Positions 1-11,300 of a DNA stretch of 64,000 nt are shown piece after piece (position 1 is the first letter of the stretch; every line of letters starts with the position of its first letter). The position numbers and the translations under genes are program-made. Below the pieces are notes generated by a model. That model ran no database searches. It was not told the DNA's origin and saw only the letters and a list, made by a program, of their open reading frames with translations. Origin of the DNA: Barthelona sp. PCE (Eukaryota); NCBI GenBank assembly GCA_040285745.1, contig JAUFOR010000001.1:496001-560000 (forward strand), given 5' to 3'.

Positions 1-164
1 AAAAAGAATTCAAAGCTCTGTAGAAATTTAAAAAATAACAAACTAGTGTTATTTTTTATATTTAAACTTAAAATCACTGAAACATAGTATATAAAAAAAG
101 AGGTAAACAAGAAATCAAAATTTTTTCTTTTTCTCTCAAATTTATGTAAAAAAGTCATTTTTCG

Positions 165-303
165 TGTAGTTGATGGCAATCGGAATCTTGATGCACCCGA
201 AACCTAGATGACATACACTGATAGTGAGAGTTAAAGAATAATCCTAGCTAAGTTACTCGGACTCGAGTAACTGCTTTTCGATTTCTTTCCTGAATTCAAA
301 AAA
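165..303 (+). repeat. Element 1 split direct repeat A1
   Basis: Identical by eye to 6163-6301 (offset 5998). Begins tgtagttgatgg and ends gaattc plus an A-run. Contains a perfect 9-bp hairpin agttactcg-gact-cgagtaact. Confidence 0.95.
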
Positions 304-424
304 AAAAAACCCGTCAAAGATTGATATACATTGAGATTTAAATCCTTTGTTCAATGTCGGGTTATGTAAATGAGGGAATAGAATATCTAAGTTTTGAAAT
401 TTAAAAACATACTGTAAGGAGCCC

Positions 425-1053
425 TTGTTGAGGGCCAGGGACATGGTAGTCGCCACCTTTGAGACTATGTACAGCCTCAGGGACACCCCAGACCTCGGGA
501 AGCTCAAGAAATCGTTTCACTTGAGCGGCATAGTACTACCTGTCCTATTGGCATCCTGGGTGCACACTGTAGATGAAATACCGCTGCTAAACCACAATGA
601 GCCCAGCCCCAGCGGGTTTGGGACAGAGGCAGCAGCGAGGGCGGCAAAGGGGAGCAGTACGCGTTACTCCTCCTCTTTATGGGCATGCCCACAGCGGAGG
701 CCACCGCTGGGATAATAAGAAAGGCAACAGCCGACCTTATCAGGTCGCGTGCAGGAATCGCACAAAAAGCTTGGGATATGCTCTTTGAGCTTGCGATTCC
801 TCAGCTAGATCGCGTCAGACATCTAGCACAAAGTACACGTAGGAAGCCCCAGGCGGCCAGTGACTTTGACGAGGCAGTCTTTAAGGCAGTCCTCAAGCCC
901 GCGAGTAACGTCGCGGAAGTACGTGATGAGATTGTCCCAACGTTCAAGGTGAAATCTCGCGGCGTCTCCCGATATGTCGAGGAGGCGCCTGAGGAGCCTG
1001 AGGCCCCACTTTGGTCACACCACAAGGGGGCACAGACCCAGAGGCCAGGGTAA
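425..1053 (+). pseudogene. Element 1 gag-like ORF1 remnants (frameshifted ORFs 425-715 and 679-1053)
   Basis: Sits directly after repeat A1, where element 2 carries ORF1. No diagnostic motif recognised. Confidence 0.4.
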
Positions 1054-1117
1054 GGATGAATGATTTCCTTACCTCGCTGATAGCAGTCCAAGCCCGAAGG
1101 CTCCTCCAGTAATGGAA

Positions 1118-1218
1118 GAACTGCGAGAAACCCCTAAGAACCACACTTGAGAACTGTGAGAAATCCTTAAAAAACCACGTTGAAAAAACTGTGAGAAATC
1201 CGTAATAACCACTTTTGA
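1118..1218 (+). repeat. Three imperfect tandem copies of a ~33-35 bp unit (aactgtgagaaatcc.taa.aaccac..ttga)
   Basis: Units start at about 1118, 1151 and 1186. Confidence 0.8.
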
Positions 1219-2612
1219 CACTACCAGGACCAGCAGCTACCTCGGCTGTAAGTCCTCCCCGGGAATCCCGGACGTTTTAGACAGGATGGGGGTCATCCCT
1301 GACAGCTCCTCTCGGCAAAGAGCCTTGAACGAGAGCGTCAGCTTCCCCAGCAACTCCTCAAATTCTCGAAAGAGAAGACAGTATCACGCTAGTCGTCTAA
1401 AAACGGTAGTCCCAGTGGTCCTAACCCACCGCGTCCTGGAGCTGACGGTAGCCATAGGCAGTGGCTGAGTACCTGATGAAGATCATCCTACTCACCATCA
1501 TCGGCCGTGGCGTCACCCATGAAAAGTCTAGTTTCATGAGGGCCTTGAGAAAAAATCTCGGTAACCGACGCCACATCTATGGCAGATTGTACGAGGGTCA
1601 TAAACTCCCCTGTGCAACCCCCTACCAGCACCTCGACGCTATTCGTCGACCTCCCGCCCCCTCCTGATGTCCCTAAGCGCAAGCAATCCAGGAGAGTGTA
1701 GGCAGGAGAAAGTGAGATGACGAATCTCTCACTTGTAAATCCCAGTTGAGAAACTGTCCGCATCTGTTATGCCGCCACAGCACCGTGAGGCGCTAGTTGG
1801 CCCGCATAACGACACCTTTTTCTCGAAATTCGAGGTTTATTGGAGGATCAAAGGCGCAGAAAGCGTAAAGCTGAAGCACGAAAAAAAGCGTCATTATCCC
1901 CAAACTTAAGGCAGATCTAGCGGCTGCCTCCCGCGATAGGGACTTATACATGGATATAGCGCTTGTCGCATCCCTATAATCCCACATTATCGCACCAGAA
2001 CCTGTTGAGGAGTTGCCACCAACACCAACACCAACACAACCTCACATATCCCCAGTTGTAGGCCCAGTAGGACCTACCCTGAGTGCTGAGTGGTTCAAAA
2101 CCGCCTTAACGTTGCGGTGCAGAAAAATGCCAGGCCATTCTCAGCCAGCATGGATGAACCCCAGCGTGGAGCGAGTGAGACAGTAAGTATACAGGCCCCT
2201 GACCTAACTGGTTGGGCTGAGCCATCTCCGCCAGCGTCTCTTGTGGACGCTATCCCCGGCCTAAAAATACGAGAGCTAGGAATATATCTAGACAAGGCAG
2301 AGAAATTCATGGAGTATACGTTACAGACGAGCCCACATGCGCCTCGTCAAACCCGTCAACGCATCGATACTATGAAAAAATCGCAGGTTTAAGTGACGAC
2401 CATTCCACCAACCTCCAATCGATGTTGACGCACGGAATATGCGCCCATCACGTCATGAGTAATCAAAAAACGTTTCTCAAATCCGTAAAAGACCGTTTAA
2501 CGGTCCATAAGAAAACTGGTTTGAGGATGGATCGCGCATCTCCCTCCTAGTACAGGAAAAGATAGAAAAAAGCGACGCCTTTGTTAAGCTGGATCATGAC
2601 CCAGCTTGGGAA

Positions 2613-5600
2613 ATGTCGAAACCTCCTGTTGGCGTAAAAACAGCTTTTATTAAAATCGGTGTGGTGCCCAAAGGCATCGAAAAATCGGCCATTGTCGCCC
2701 TCAGCCAAGACTGGGCCAGCCGAGAAGACATTGAGGAGTACTTCGAAGATGTCTCAGTAAGTGATATAAGAATTATTACTGATTGCACCCCGATTAACGA
2801 CATGTTTAACATGTTCCCAATGGAACTGCCCAAGGTGCGGTTATTTAACCTGGTAAACCCGAACGATGATTTGTTCTCCATCGATGCATCCAACGGCTTC
2901 CATCTCATCCCCATTGCGGAAGACTTTCAAAAGTTCTTTACATTTTCCCTCAACGGTGGCTTTTACCGGTGCACAAAGTTGTGCTTCGGAGTCACGTTTG
3001 GCCCCGCTATATTCTCAGCGTTGATGAACCTAGCCCTAGCGCCTATGCGTGCTCTAGGTTACCAACTATGGGCCTACATAGACGATGTTTTCGGATGGCA
3101 ATCCCCAGATCGAAGAGGCAGATACCGTAGTGCCAGCGACGCCATGCGTCTGCTCAAGCTAATCTGTTTCTGGTTGGATATCACTATCAACAAGAAAAAA
3201 TCTGTCGAACCATGTAAGAAATTAGATGTGATAGGTTTCACCATCACATCTACCTTTGGACCGCCGGACGATCCAAATATGAAAGTGGCATTAGCACCAA
3301 GTGATGCTAATTGCCGTAAGATCGCGCTAAGGGCTCAAGAACTGGCCCACAAGCTTCATGCAAGGAAAAAAAGACTTCGTAGAACTTGCATCGAAGTGCA
3401 CGGCGTTTAGAGCTGCTAGCAGAAAGCTACATGTCTCCGCCATTACGATCAATGCCATCATACACGAAGCACTAAAGAAAAGAAGAAAGGATAAAGATGG
3501 CATTCCTGGAAAAATAACCAAGTGGCTCATGACGAGATCGCTCACGATCGGCGATCAAGACCTGAAGGAGGTCCAGCATCATGAATACGGCCAGATCGAG
3601 GCCCAGCCAAAGGCAACAGACCCTACCAGCGGGTCTCCACTTGGATTCATTGGTACAAACGAGGCACACCACCTCGCGTGTACCCTTGCGAGTTTAGCCG
3701 ATCACGATTTTCCACCACAACCCCTTCTTTCCACCAGGAAAAAGCGGGTTTTTAATAAGTGACGCTGCTGTAAGTGAAGAGAAAATAAGTATCGCAGGCA
3801 CAGCTTTCGCAACGGATGATGTTGACGAAACCTGTTTCGAACACCTGCTACTTCGCAGTGGAGGCGGCATTGATCTTGCCAAGAATGAACTCATCGATAG
3901 GCTGAATATGCTATCAGCAAAAGATAAAGCGAAAGCGATCCAGAAAACAAAACTGTCGATCGCTTATGCAGAGACGGAACCCCTGATGGCTATGCTGCAC
4001 AGCCTCGGGTCCAAGCTATCCAACGGATATCTCGTTTTAGTATTGCGATAACACTTATGTGGTAGCTGCGACGTACAAACTAACGTCGTGCAATACTGTC
4101 CCCAATGATGCTGCCCGGACCTTGGCAAGAATATTCTGCCGAGAGAAGGACCTTGTTGTGGAAGCGATTTACGTTCCCTCTGTACTTAATCACCTTTCGG
4201 ACATGGCCTCGCGTGGAGAGCCAGTCTGCTGGAAACAATCGAGGGGAACCTTCCTTCAAGAGCTCGTTCCCCCAAAGGAGATTATAATTCTAAATTCTGT
4301 CGTCCCAAGCGCTTATGAGCCGGGCCATACCAGCCCCCCTCATAGCGAGAGCAAAACAGGACAAGAGCGGCCGCTCAGTTGGCTGCATCCGGGTAATGAA
4401 CTTGTTTCGAAAAACACTCTAAAACTACTTAGTGTTTATGCCCGTATCGAGACGACAGGGACTGCCCAAGTTAATGGCACCCTTCTTAAAACTGAGAGAA
4501 GACAAAATTGATACAACACCAGTGTTTGAGGGACTGGAAGATATAATATACACAGTCCCCCGCTCTAAACCGAAGTTTGAGATAGATATGATCGGAAGAG
4601 AGAGCCACACAGTCGAACAGATGGTCCCTGCCCAGTCAGCAGCAGCGGCGTTAGAAATTATTTTACTAGCGGCCCTTAGGACCGGTGTTACTATCAGAGA
4701 AGTTACCACAACCTCTCCCATCCACACCCGTGTGGGGTATGGTATCGCAGTTCGTTCGTCCATGGAAAGAAATGTGCGAAATTACCATCAACCCGGAAAA
4801 AATTTTTCCCTGTCAAATCAAAGGCTGTACAAGCAGGAAGCTTGTGGAAGGGCGACACTGACTTCGTAAGGATAGATGTCCCCTTCATAGTGAGGAAACA
4901 TTTCAGGTTTCCAGCCGAAATAATGAGAGTAGACGAACTCCTGGCGCTGTTCTTAAGAAAAGGTTCCTTAAGCACAGCCAGGACCGCCATCAAGCGATTT
5001 AGACAGTACATTGAAGCTAATCAGAATGCAATAAGGAGGATGTATGGCTGGATAAAAAATCCAAGCCACTGCAAACTGTTAGTAGGTTTACGCATAGCTG
5101 ACCTAGTGGAGAGAGCCGAAAAGGGCGAATCGCCCGAAGGCAACACAGCCCAAATCCTGCATTACAAGAGTAGCACTCTTGATGCATAAGGATCCCTTCT
5201 AAGAAACTCTTTAAGAGTTATTAGACTGCTTACAACCGGCTGCTGGGAGGACGCCTGAGATACAGACAGGCAGTACCTCATTTCAGCTCGTACAAAGATC
5301 ATAACCGACGAAAGCGGAGCAATCCCCAAATCACACAGTTATAAATGCGCTATAAGAGCGTCTGTGGTCCAGAAGCTGCTGTTCCTCGTCCAAGAGAGAG
5401 CCCACGAGACTATCGTAGAGCCCCAAAAGGACAAAAAATTTCTCCACGAGACCAAATAAGTGCTATGGTCTCACAGGAGGTGGAACAATGCATCCTGGAC
5501 TGCCAAATACTGTCGATCCACTACATTCTCGGTTGTAGATCGGGAGAATTGAATTTTATAGAAAAACGACACCTTGAGATCACTCTTCATGAAAACAGCA

Positions 5601-6062
5601 TGGAGCAATCCCTCTCAGTGATAATCCCAAAGCGTAAAACGCATGGGAAAAGCCGAAAAGGACGTTTTGTAACAACTCCCCAAAAAATATTGGTACGAAA
5701 GTGTATTTGCGCCGTTTACTGTGCATGTACTCGAAACAAAGCGGCAGGGCACCGCGTTACTCCTCAGTAGAGGAGCAAAAGACCGGGAAGCAAAAATTCT
5801 AAAAAGGTTTAACACCGTCTTTGACGATCCAAACCTCATAGGTGCACCGCCTGGAGCGAGATTCAACCCCCACGCCATAAGAGCGGGGAGATGCCAAGAT
5901 ATTATCAAAATTCATGGTGACAAAGACACAGCCAGACAGATTGGGGGCTGGAGCGCCAATGAAACCATGAATAAGTATTACCTGGATATTCACGACCTGG
6001 AGTACGCCATGCCGGGGGAACTGTACAGTATAAACCAGATACGAGAATGGGCGGTATCTTGA
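2613..6062 (+). pseudogene. Element 1 RT-RNase H-linker-tyrosine recombinase, disrupted by frameshifts and stops
   Basis: RT motifs IGVVPK, RIITDC, FSIDASNGF, LCFGVTFGPAIF and YIDD (3075-3086). RNase H motifs SDA (3758), *YCDN (4038) and NHLSDMASRG. YR motifs LGCRSGEL, HAIRAG (5871) and GGW. All are collinear with element 2 ORF2 but spread over several frames. Confidence 0.88.
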
Positions 6063-6162
6063 TTGATCCGTACCCGTCCTGTCTAACGGTTCGTTCTGTC
6101 TGCCCTCCCAACATGCAGGCTGTCACTTCAGTAAACCATCCAAGGTGTAGGATAGAGGATAA
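6050..6162 (+). repeat. Element 1 repeat B1 (contains the YR stop codon)
   Basis: First 24 bp recur at 6575-6598 and the remaining 89 bp at 12681-12769. Confidence 0.93.
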
Positions 6163-6301
6163 TGTAGTTGATGGCAATCGGAATCTTGATGCACCCGAAA
6201 CCTAGATGACATACACTGATAGTGAGAGTTAAAGAATAATCCTAGCTAAGTTACTCGGACTCGAGTAACTGCTTTTCGATTTCTTTCCTGAATTCAAAAA
6301 A
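6163..6301 (+). repeat. Element 1 repeat A2
   Basis: Direct copy of 165-303, abutting B1. Confidence 0.95.
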
Positions 6302-6574
6302 TTAAAAAAGACAAAAAAACCAGAAAGTTAAATTTCAAGCATAAATCTTCGAAACTTTTTGTTGTTTTTCCGTGAGCTTGGAAAAAACTACTCCGCACAC
6401 ATTCTGTGCTGGATTATCCAAGAAAGTCTTTCATCATCTTCTGCATAAATTATATCCTAGTGCAGAAAGAACGCAGGTAAGTTTTATCAAGAAATTTTAC
6501 AAAAAATTTCATCATATTTTCTCAATAGCGAGACAGTTAGCCACTAATCATGGCTCTACGGGTACGTAGCGTGC

Positions 6575-6598
6575 GGCGGTATCTTGATTGATCCGTAC
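6575..6598 (+). repeat. Element 1 repeat B2, left part
   Basis: ggcggtatcttgattgatccgtac = 6050-6073. Confidence 0.9.
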
Positions 6599-6731
6599 GG
6601 TGACATACAGGCGCTAGCCTTCAGACTTTATACTTGAGGTAGTAAACAGCGGAGGGGGACGAAGCGAACCGTCATGTGTAGTAGGTGTCCGTAGGACCCG
6701 ATACGGTTTTTCTTACCTTTTTCAAAAAAAA
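6599..6731 (+). repeat. Element 2 repeat A1
   Basis: Identical to 12449-12581 (offset 5850). Ends in a ccgta/tacgg hairpin, a T-rich tract and an A-run. Confidence 0.95.
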
Positions 6732-6768
6732 TCTTACTTTAGTATTGCTGCGCAAGAAATTAATTGCA

Positions 6769-8265
6769 ATGACATACTTTAGAGCGGAAAGGCAAACGAA
6801 AGAACAAGTTGCGCGCGCTATCCAGCATAGATGCGAGACGTATATTGCGCGCCTGAGTGTCGTGGTTATGGAGACCTTGTGCAAGGTCCACGAGGCGGAT
6901 CCCGCCGGTAAAGCCCACCTGATTGAGGCTCTCCCGAGTTACGGGCGCGGCGAGTTCGCCGACGTAATGCTCTCACCGTGCGTGTTGAGCGAGGACTTCC
7001 GGGGGTGGTTACAAGCATTGGGCGAAGATGAAAGTCAACAAGGTGTTGACAAGGTCCTTCCAGCAATTTCCTTTAGCCTAGAGAGGTTTAGGGAACTTGC
7101 AAATCTTTTCGGCATGCGCCCATCCGAGTCATTAGCCAAGAATATTGAGGAGTCGGACATTAGAGGAGTCCGGGAGATGATTAGAGCTGCCGCAAATCAC
7201 TGGAAGGCAGCTCCGGCTCTCATAACGCAGGAACTGGATGCGTTCACGGCAGCAAGGAGGGAGGCTGACAAGATCGAGGGAATATCGGACGTCGACAAGA
7301 AACAGCTCATCAAGACGATTACGCAACAGGTAACGCATGCGAAGGAGCAGGCGCTGAACGAGACGCGGAAGCAGACAATGGCCGCGTGGGAAGAAGAACC
7401 ATCCGATGACGAGACCGACACCCAGCACACGTCTTCGAATGCAGGAATGAACACCGCCATGCAGATCGCAAGGGACGCTACCGCTTTGGTGAGCGAGACG
7501 ATGAAAGAGGCCAGGCAGAGTAGGATGAGAGCCACAACCTATAACGAACCTTTCGATGCGGGCATCCAACAAGACAAACTACTCAGGAAGGTCAAACACC
7601 AATGGCAAAGAGGTCTGACATACGATAAGTTTACTGCCGCCATGGACAAGTTCCTCGAGGCGGAGATAAAGCGCAACCCCACGATCTTCGCTGGCGACAT
7701 TGATCTCGGGCTCTGGAAAGTGGACGACGTCCTTCCGGACGCGTTTGTCGAGGAGGTGACGGACGACCACAAGGATAATTGGTTCCGCGAGTGGCAAATT
7801 CGTCTGAGGGACTTCAAGACGATCTACGAGGACAAGGTCGGATCCCAGTATGAACACGAGTGGCAAACCAAGCGTTTGTACTTACTGATGGAAGCCGCAG
7901 CGGAAATGGCGTTGGGAGACACTCTCCTACTAATCGGCAAGCTGTATGAGGAACGGCCACACCTCATCCCGACCTTCATCGCTGCCGTCTCTCCATATGG
8001 TCCCAGCCGGGCCAACAGGGCGTCAGGTATCTACAACGACGAACTCAACGTCGACCACGTGCCTGACAACTGGGTTGACGAGAATCGCGTGAAGCAATTC
8101 CTCACTAAGACGCTGGGAGTCGGTAGCTCCGGCATCATGGTCGAGTTTGACCCCACCGCCACCAAGAAGGCGTTCAACCATTCCACGAGAGCCCCCAAGC
8201 GCACGCACCGTCCTAAGACGCAAAAGAAGAAACAAGCGTTTAGCGCCAAAGAGGAGGAGAAGTGA
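6769..8265 (+). CDS. Element 2 ORF1, gag-like helical protein (498 aa from the first ATG)
   Basis: First ATG at 6769, just after repeat A1. Occupies the gag position. Basic C-terminus; no CCHC knuckle seen. Confidence 0.7.
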   Translation: MTYFRAERQTKEQVARAIQHRCETYIARLSVVVMETLCKVHEADPAGKAHLIEALPSYGRGEFADVMLSPCVLSEDFRGWLQALGEDESQQGVDKVLPAISFSLERFRELANLFGMRPSESLAKNIEESDIRGVREMIRAAANHWKAAPALITQELDAFTAARREADKIEGISDVDKKQLIKTITQQVTHAKEQALNETRKQTMAAWEEEPSDDETDTQHTSSNAGMNTAMQIARDATALVSETMKEARQSRMRATTYNEPFDAGIQQDKLLRKVKHQWQRGLTYDKFTAAMDKFLEAEIKRNPTIFAGDIDLGLWKVDDVLPDAFVEEVTDDHKDNWFREWQIRLRDFKTIYEDKVGSQYEHEWQTKRLYLLMEAAAEMALGDTLLLIGKLYEERPHLIPTFIAAVSPYGPSRANRASGIYNDELNVDHVPDNWVDENRVKQFLTKTLGVGSSGIMVEFDPTATKKAFNHSTRAPKRTHRPKTQKKKQAFSAKEEEK

Positions 8266-8334
8266 AATCGTTCGTCTCCCCCCGCGCGTGATAGTAAATA
8301 TCTATCTGACAAGGGTGTGGGAGACGCAAATGAT
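8263..8334 (+). promoter_or_regulatory. Candidate stop-codon readthrough signal: TGA plus 3' stem-loop
   Basis: TGA at 8263-8265. cgtctccc (8273-8280) pairs with gggagacg (8319-8326), extendable by atcgtt/aatgat. Confidence 0.55.
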
Positions 8335-11300
8335 CCCAATGCGGTCACAGCGCTCGCGGACAGGGTCGGCGAGCTCTCCATCGAGAACGTCAAATTGAAG
8401 AAGGAGATCAAGAGCCTCAAGAAGGAAATCCCTAAGAAGCAGCTCAAAGCCGCGAAGATGGAACTTCGCGCAGCTACCAAACTCGTGGAGCTCGAAGACA
8501 AAAGACTAGAAGCCATTAAAGCTCGGGAAAGGAGCACACAGAAAACAAAAGCACCTGAGGACGTTAAACGGGATAAGCCCCGTAAGGAGAAAGCACCAAC
8601 AGCTACTAGCGTGCAGAAGATGATCTCCAAGGAGATCAACAAACTCAAACACGAGGTTGTAGATGAGCGGAATAACGTCCAAATCTCAAGGAATCCGAAG
8701 GAGGTAGTCGGCACAGACACCATGCAGTGGCCGGCCGCGGCGCCACCAGTAGCTCTGCTGAAGCACCTCCCACCCGACATCTTCCAGAAGGGCGGCCCAA
8801 GTCAACGAGTACTCAAAGAGGTGGTCCTAGGGGTTACCGGAACATGGGATATCCTCGGAACAGACCAGATGAAGATCAATTCAGCCGACACGCCCACGGA
8901 ACAGTTCGTTAGGGACGCCGCGCGCGTCGCTGGCCTCAGCTGCGAAGAAATTGAGAAGACAGTCCGACTGCTCGTGACTGAGGGCGTAACGCGCGACATG
9001 GTCGTTATCGAAGGAAAGAAGCCTCGCAGGCAGGAGCCAGTACGTCACTGGTACAAAGACGACGCCGTCGAATTGAACCTGGCCGTAACCGCGCTCAAAA
9101 GTAAGGACCTGATCAAAGAGGTCCCCATCGAAGAGATCGAGGACGAACGAAGGGCATTCATTTCCATCGGCGCGGTCCCGAAGAATGCAGAACCGGACTC
9201 AAACAACATGTTCGCTCCGACGCAGAAGTTCGAATTTGACGTCACATCGCCGGACAACGAGCACAGGGTTATCGTCGACTGTACTAACACGAACTCTATG
9301 TTCGCCAACATTCCAATGGAACTCATCAAAACCCACTCTCTCGAGATTGTCATGGGTGGCAATCTCATGTATTCCGTCGACGCAAAGGATGGTTTCACGC
9401 TCATTCCACTGGACGAAGAGCTACAAAAACTGTTCTCATTTACACACGAAGGTAAGCTTTATCAATGCACTAGAATGCCGTTCGGAGTTTCATTCGGCCC
9501 GGCCATCTTCGCCCGCATGATGAACCTGGCAACGACCGCAATGCGTGCGTTGGGATTCAACATCTGGAGCTACGTCGACGACGCTTTCGGATGGGAACGA
9601 TCCCTCAGCAAAGCGAGGAACTCGATGATGCTGTTCATAATCATCGCGTCGAAACTTGGCATCAAGCTAAACTACAAAAAGTCCGTCAGTCCTTCGTACA
9701 AATTGGACATCATCGGCTACACGCTGAGCACCGACGACCAGTCTGACGGCGGCCGGCTAGTCTCAACAATTAGACCGTCGGACAAGAACATCAGAAAGAT
9801 CAAAGAGATGGCTCGCGTAATGCGAAATAGAATCGACACAGCAGAACAAATCCCTGTCAGGGACATCATGAAGCTCGATGGCAAACTTGTATCATTTGCC
9901 AACGCTTCGACGATTCTTCAGCGGGTTCACCTACAGCTACAAGCAGTACTGAAGGATCTCGACGCCCAATACGATAACGCGATATTTGACTCGAGCAGGA
10001 ACAAGGGCCTACGCCTTCTCCTACCTCTTCCACTAGCCGACGCACTCACGAGGATCGTTGAATGTAACTTTGAACCGAAGACGCTGAGCTGCGGTAGAGC
10101 TAAGGTAACATTACTGAGCGACGCCATGAAGGACCAGAAACATATAGGCATTGGAGCGAAGGCATACCCAGACGACGACCAAGAGCTCTCGTTTGAACTT
10201 CTCCACAGGATGGGAGTGAACGAGCAAGGAGCAAGAAGGATGTTGACACTTCTCGACGATCTGCCAGAACAGGAAAGAGTAGACATCGAGCAGAACACTG
10301 TCGCAACAATCGCGGAGCAGGAGATGGTACCGATCGTCGAGCTACTCAAGACTAAGGGCAGACAGCTGAGGAACACCGAAGTCGTCTGGTATTGCGACAA
10401 CACGAACGTATGCGCCGCTGTCGCGAAGGGCTACAGCAAAAACAAGGTCCTCAACAAGGGGGCCCGCATAGTGATGGAGCTGTGCGAAATGTGGGACGTG
10501 ATCGTCACACCAATCTACATCAACTCAGAACAGAATTATCTTCCAGACAGCATCTCAAGAGGAGCATCGTCGGAGTCGTGGACCAACTCTACGACATTCG
10601 TGCACGAGATTCTCCCAGCTAGGGTAATCGAGTTCAAGACATCCGTCGTCGCAAGCCTCTACGAACCTGGACACATCCCAGCACTGTACGTCCGCGGTTT
10701 CCAGCCCACAAAAGGAAAGTCCAGGAGATCAACGAAAGCCGCACATGTGACAAGACAATGTCTCGGACAAGACCTTATCTCTCTAGGCGAGTATGACCTC
10801 AAACGGAATGCGCTCAAGGTCGACAATGTTGCGAATGGGACTGCACACTGTACAGGTAAGCTCAAAATCGTCGAAGGATTCGATGACACAAGATACACCG
10901 TCCCTCTATCGAATATGGCGATCATCACGAGAGACAACGAAAGAATCGAGGCAACAGTTCCGACTTACTCCGCAGCCACAAGCTTAGAGATAGTCATTCT
11001 CAAAGTGTGCAGAACCGGCGCGGAAGTAGATGTGATCCTCCCCGGACCACTCCCGTCTTGCCCATTGTGGGCTACAATCGCACAAAAGACCATCCCATTA
11101 AGTGACGGATCCATAAAGATAAGAGTTACGAGAGAAAAGGTTCTCGGCGGCGAACCCGAGGACTACAAGCCCGCTGGAGCACGCACTCAGAACCCGGTAC
11201 AGGTACGGGGCAAATCACTATCTCTGGCAGACCTGTTCGCCATCCCACCGTCGATGGACTACGACGAAGTGCTCGAACTCTTTCTGAAAAAAGGAGCGCA

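Noticed and set aside
1048-1074. Hairpin gggtaagga/tccttacct over the element 1 ORF1 stop, with a nearby ATG (readthrough or reinitiation signal?)
   Set aside because: Further in-frame stops follow and the region is decayed, so it cannot be equated with the element 2 signal.
165-6301. Reading element 1 as an LTR retrotransposon with 139-bp LTRs
   Set aside because: There is no integrase, protease or TSD. The YR domain and the second repeat (B) show a split-direct-repeat YR element.
6050-6301. Self-cleaving ribozyme in the element repeats
   Set aside because: No hammerhead core (CUGANGA...GAAA in the right order) or convincing HDV-like fold could be identified by eye.
8263-8265. TGA as selenocysteine or a reassigned codon
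   Set aside because: TGA, TAA and TAG all terminate host genes here, and no SECIS was recognised.
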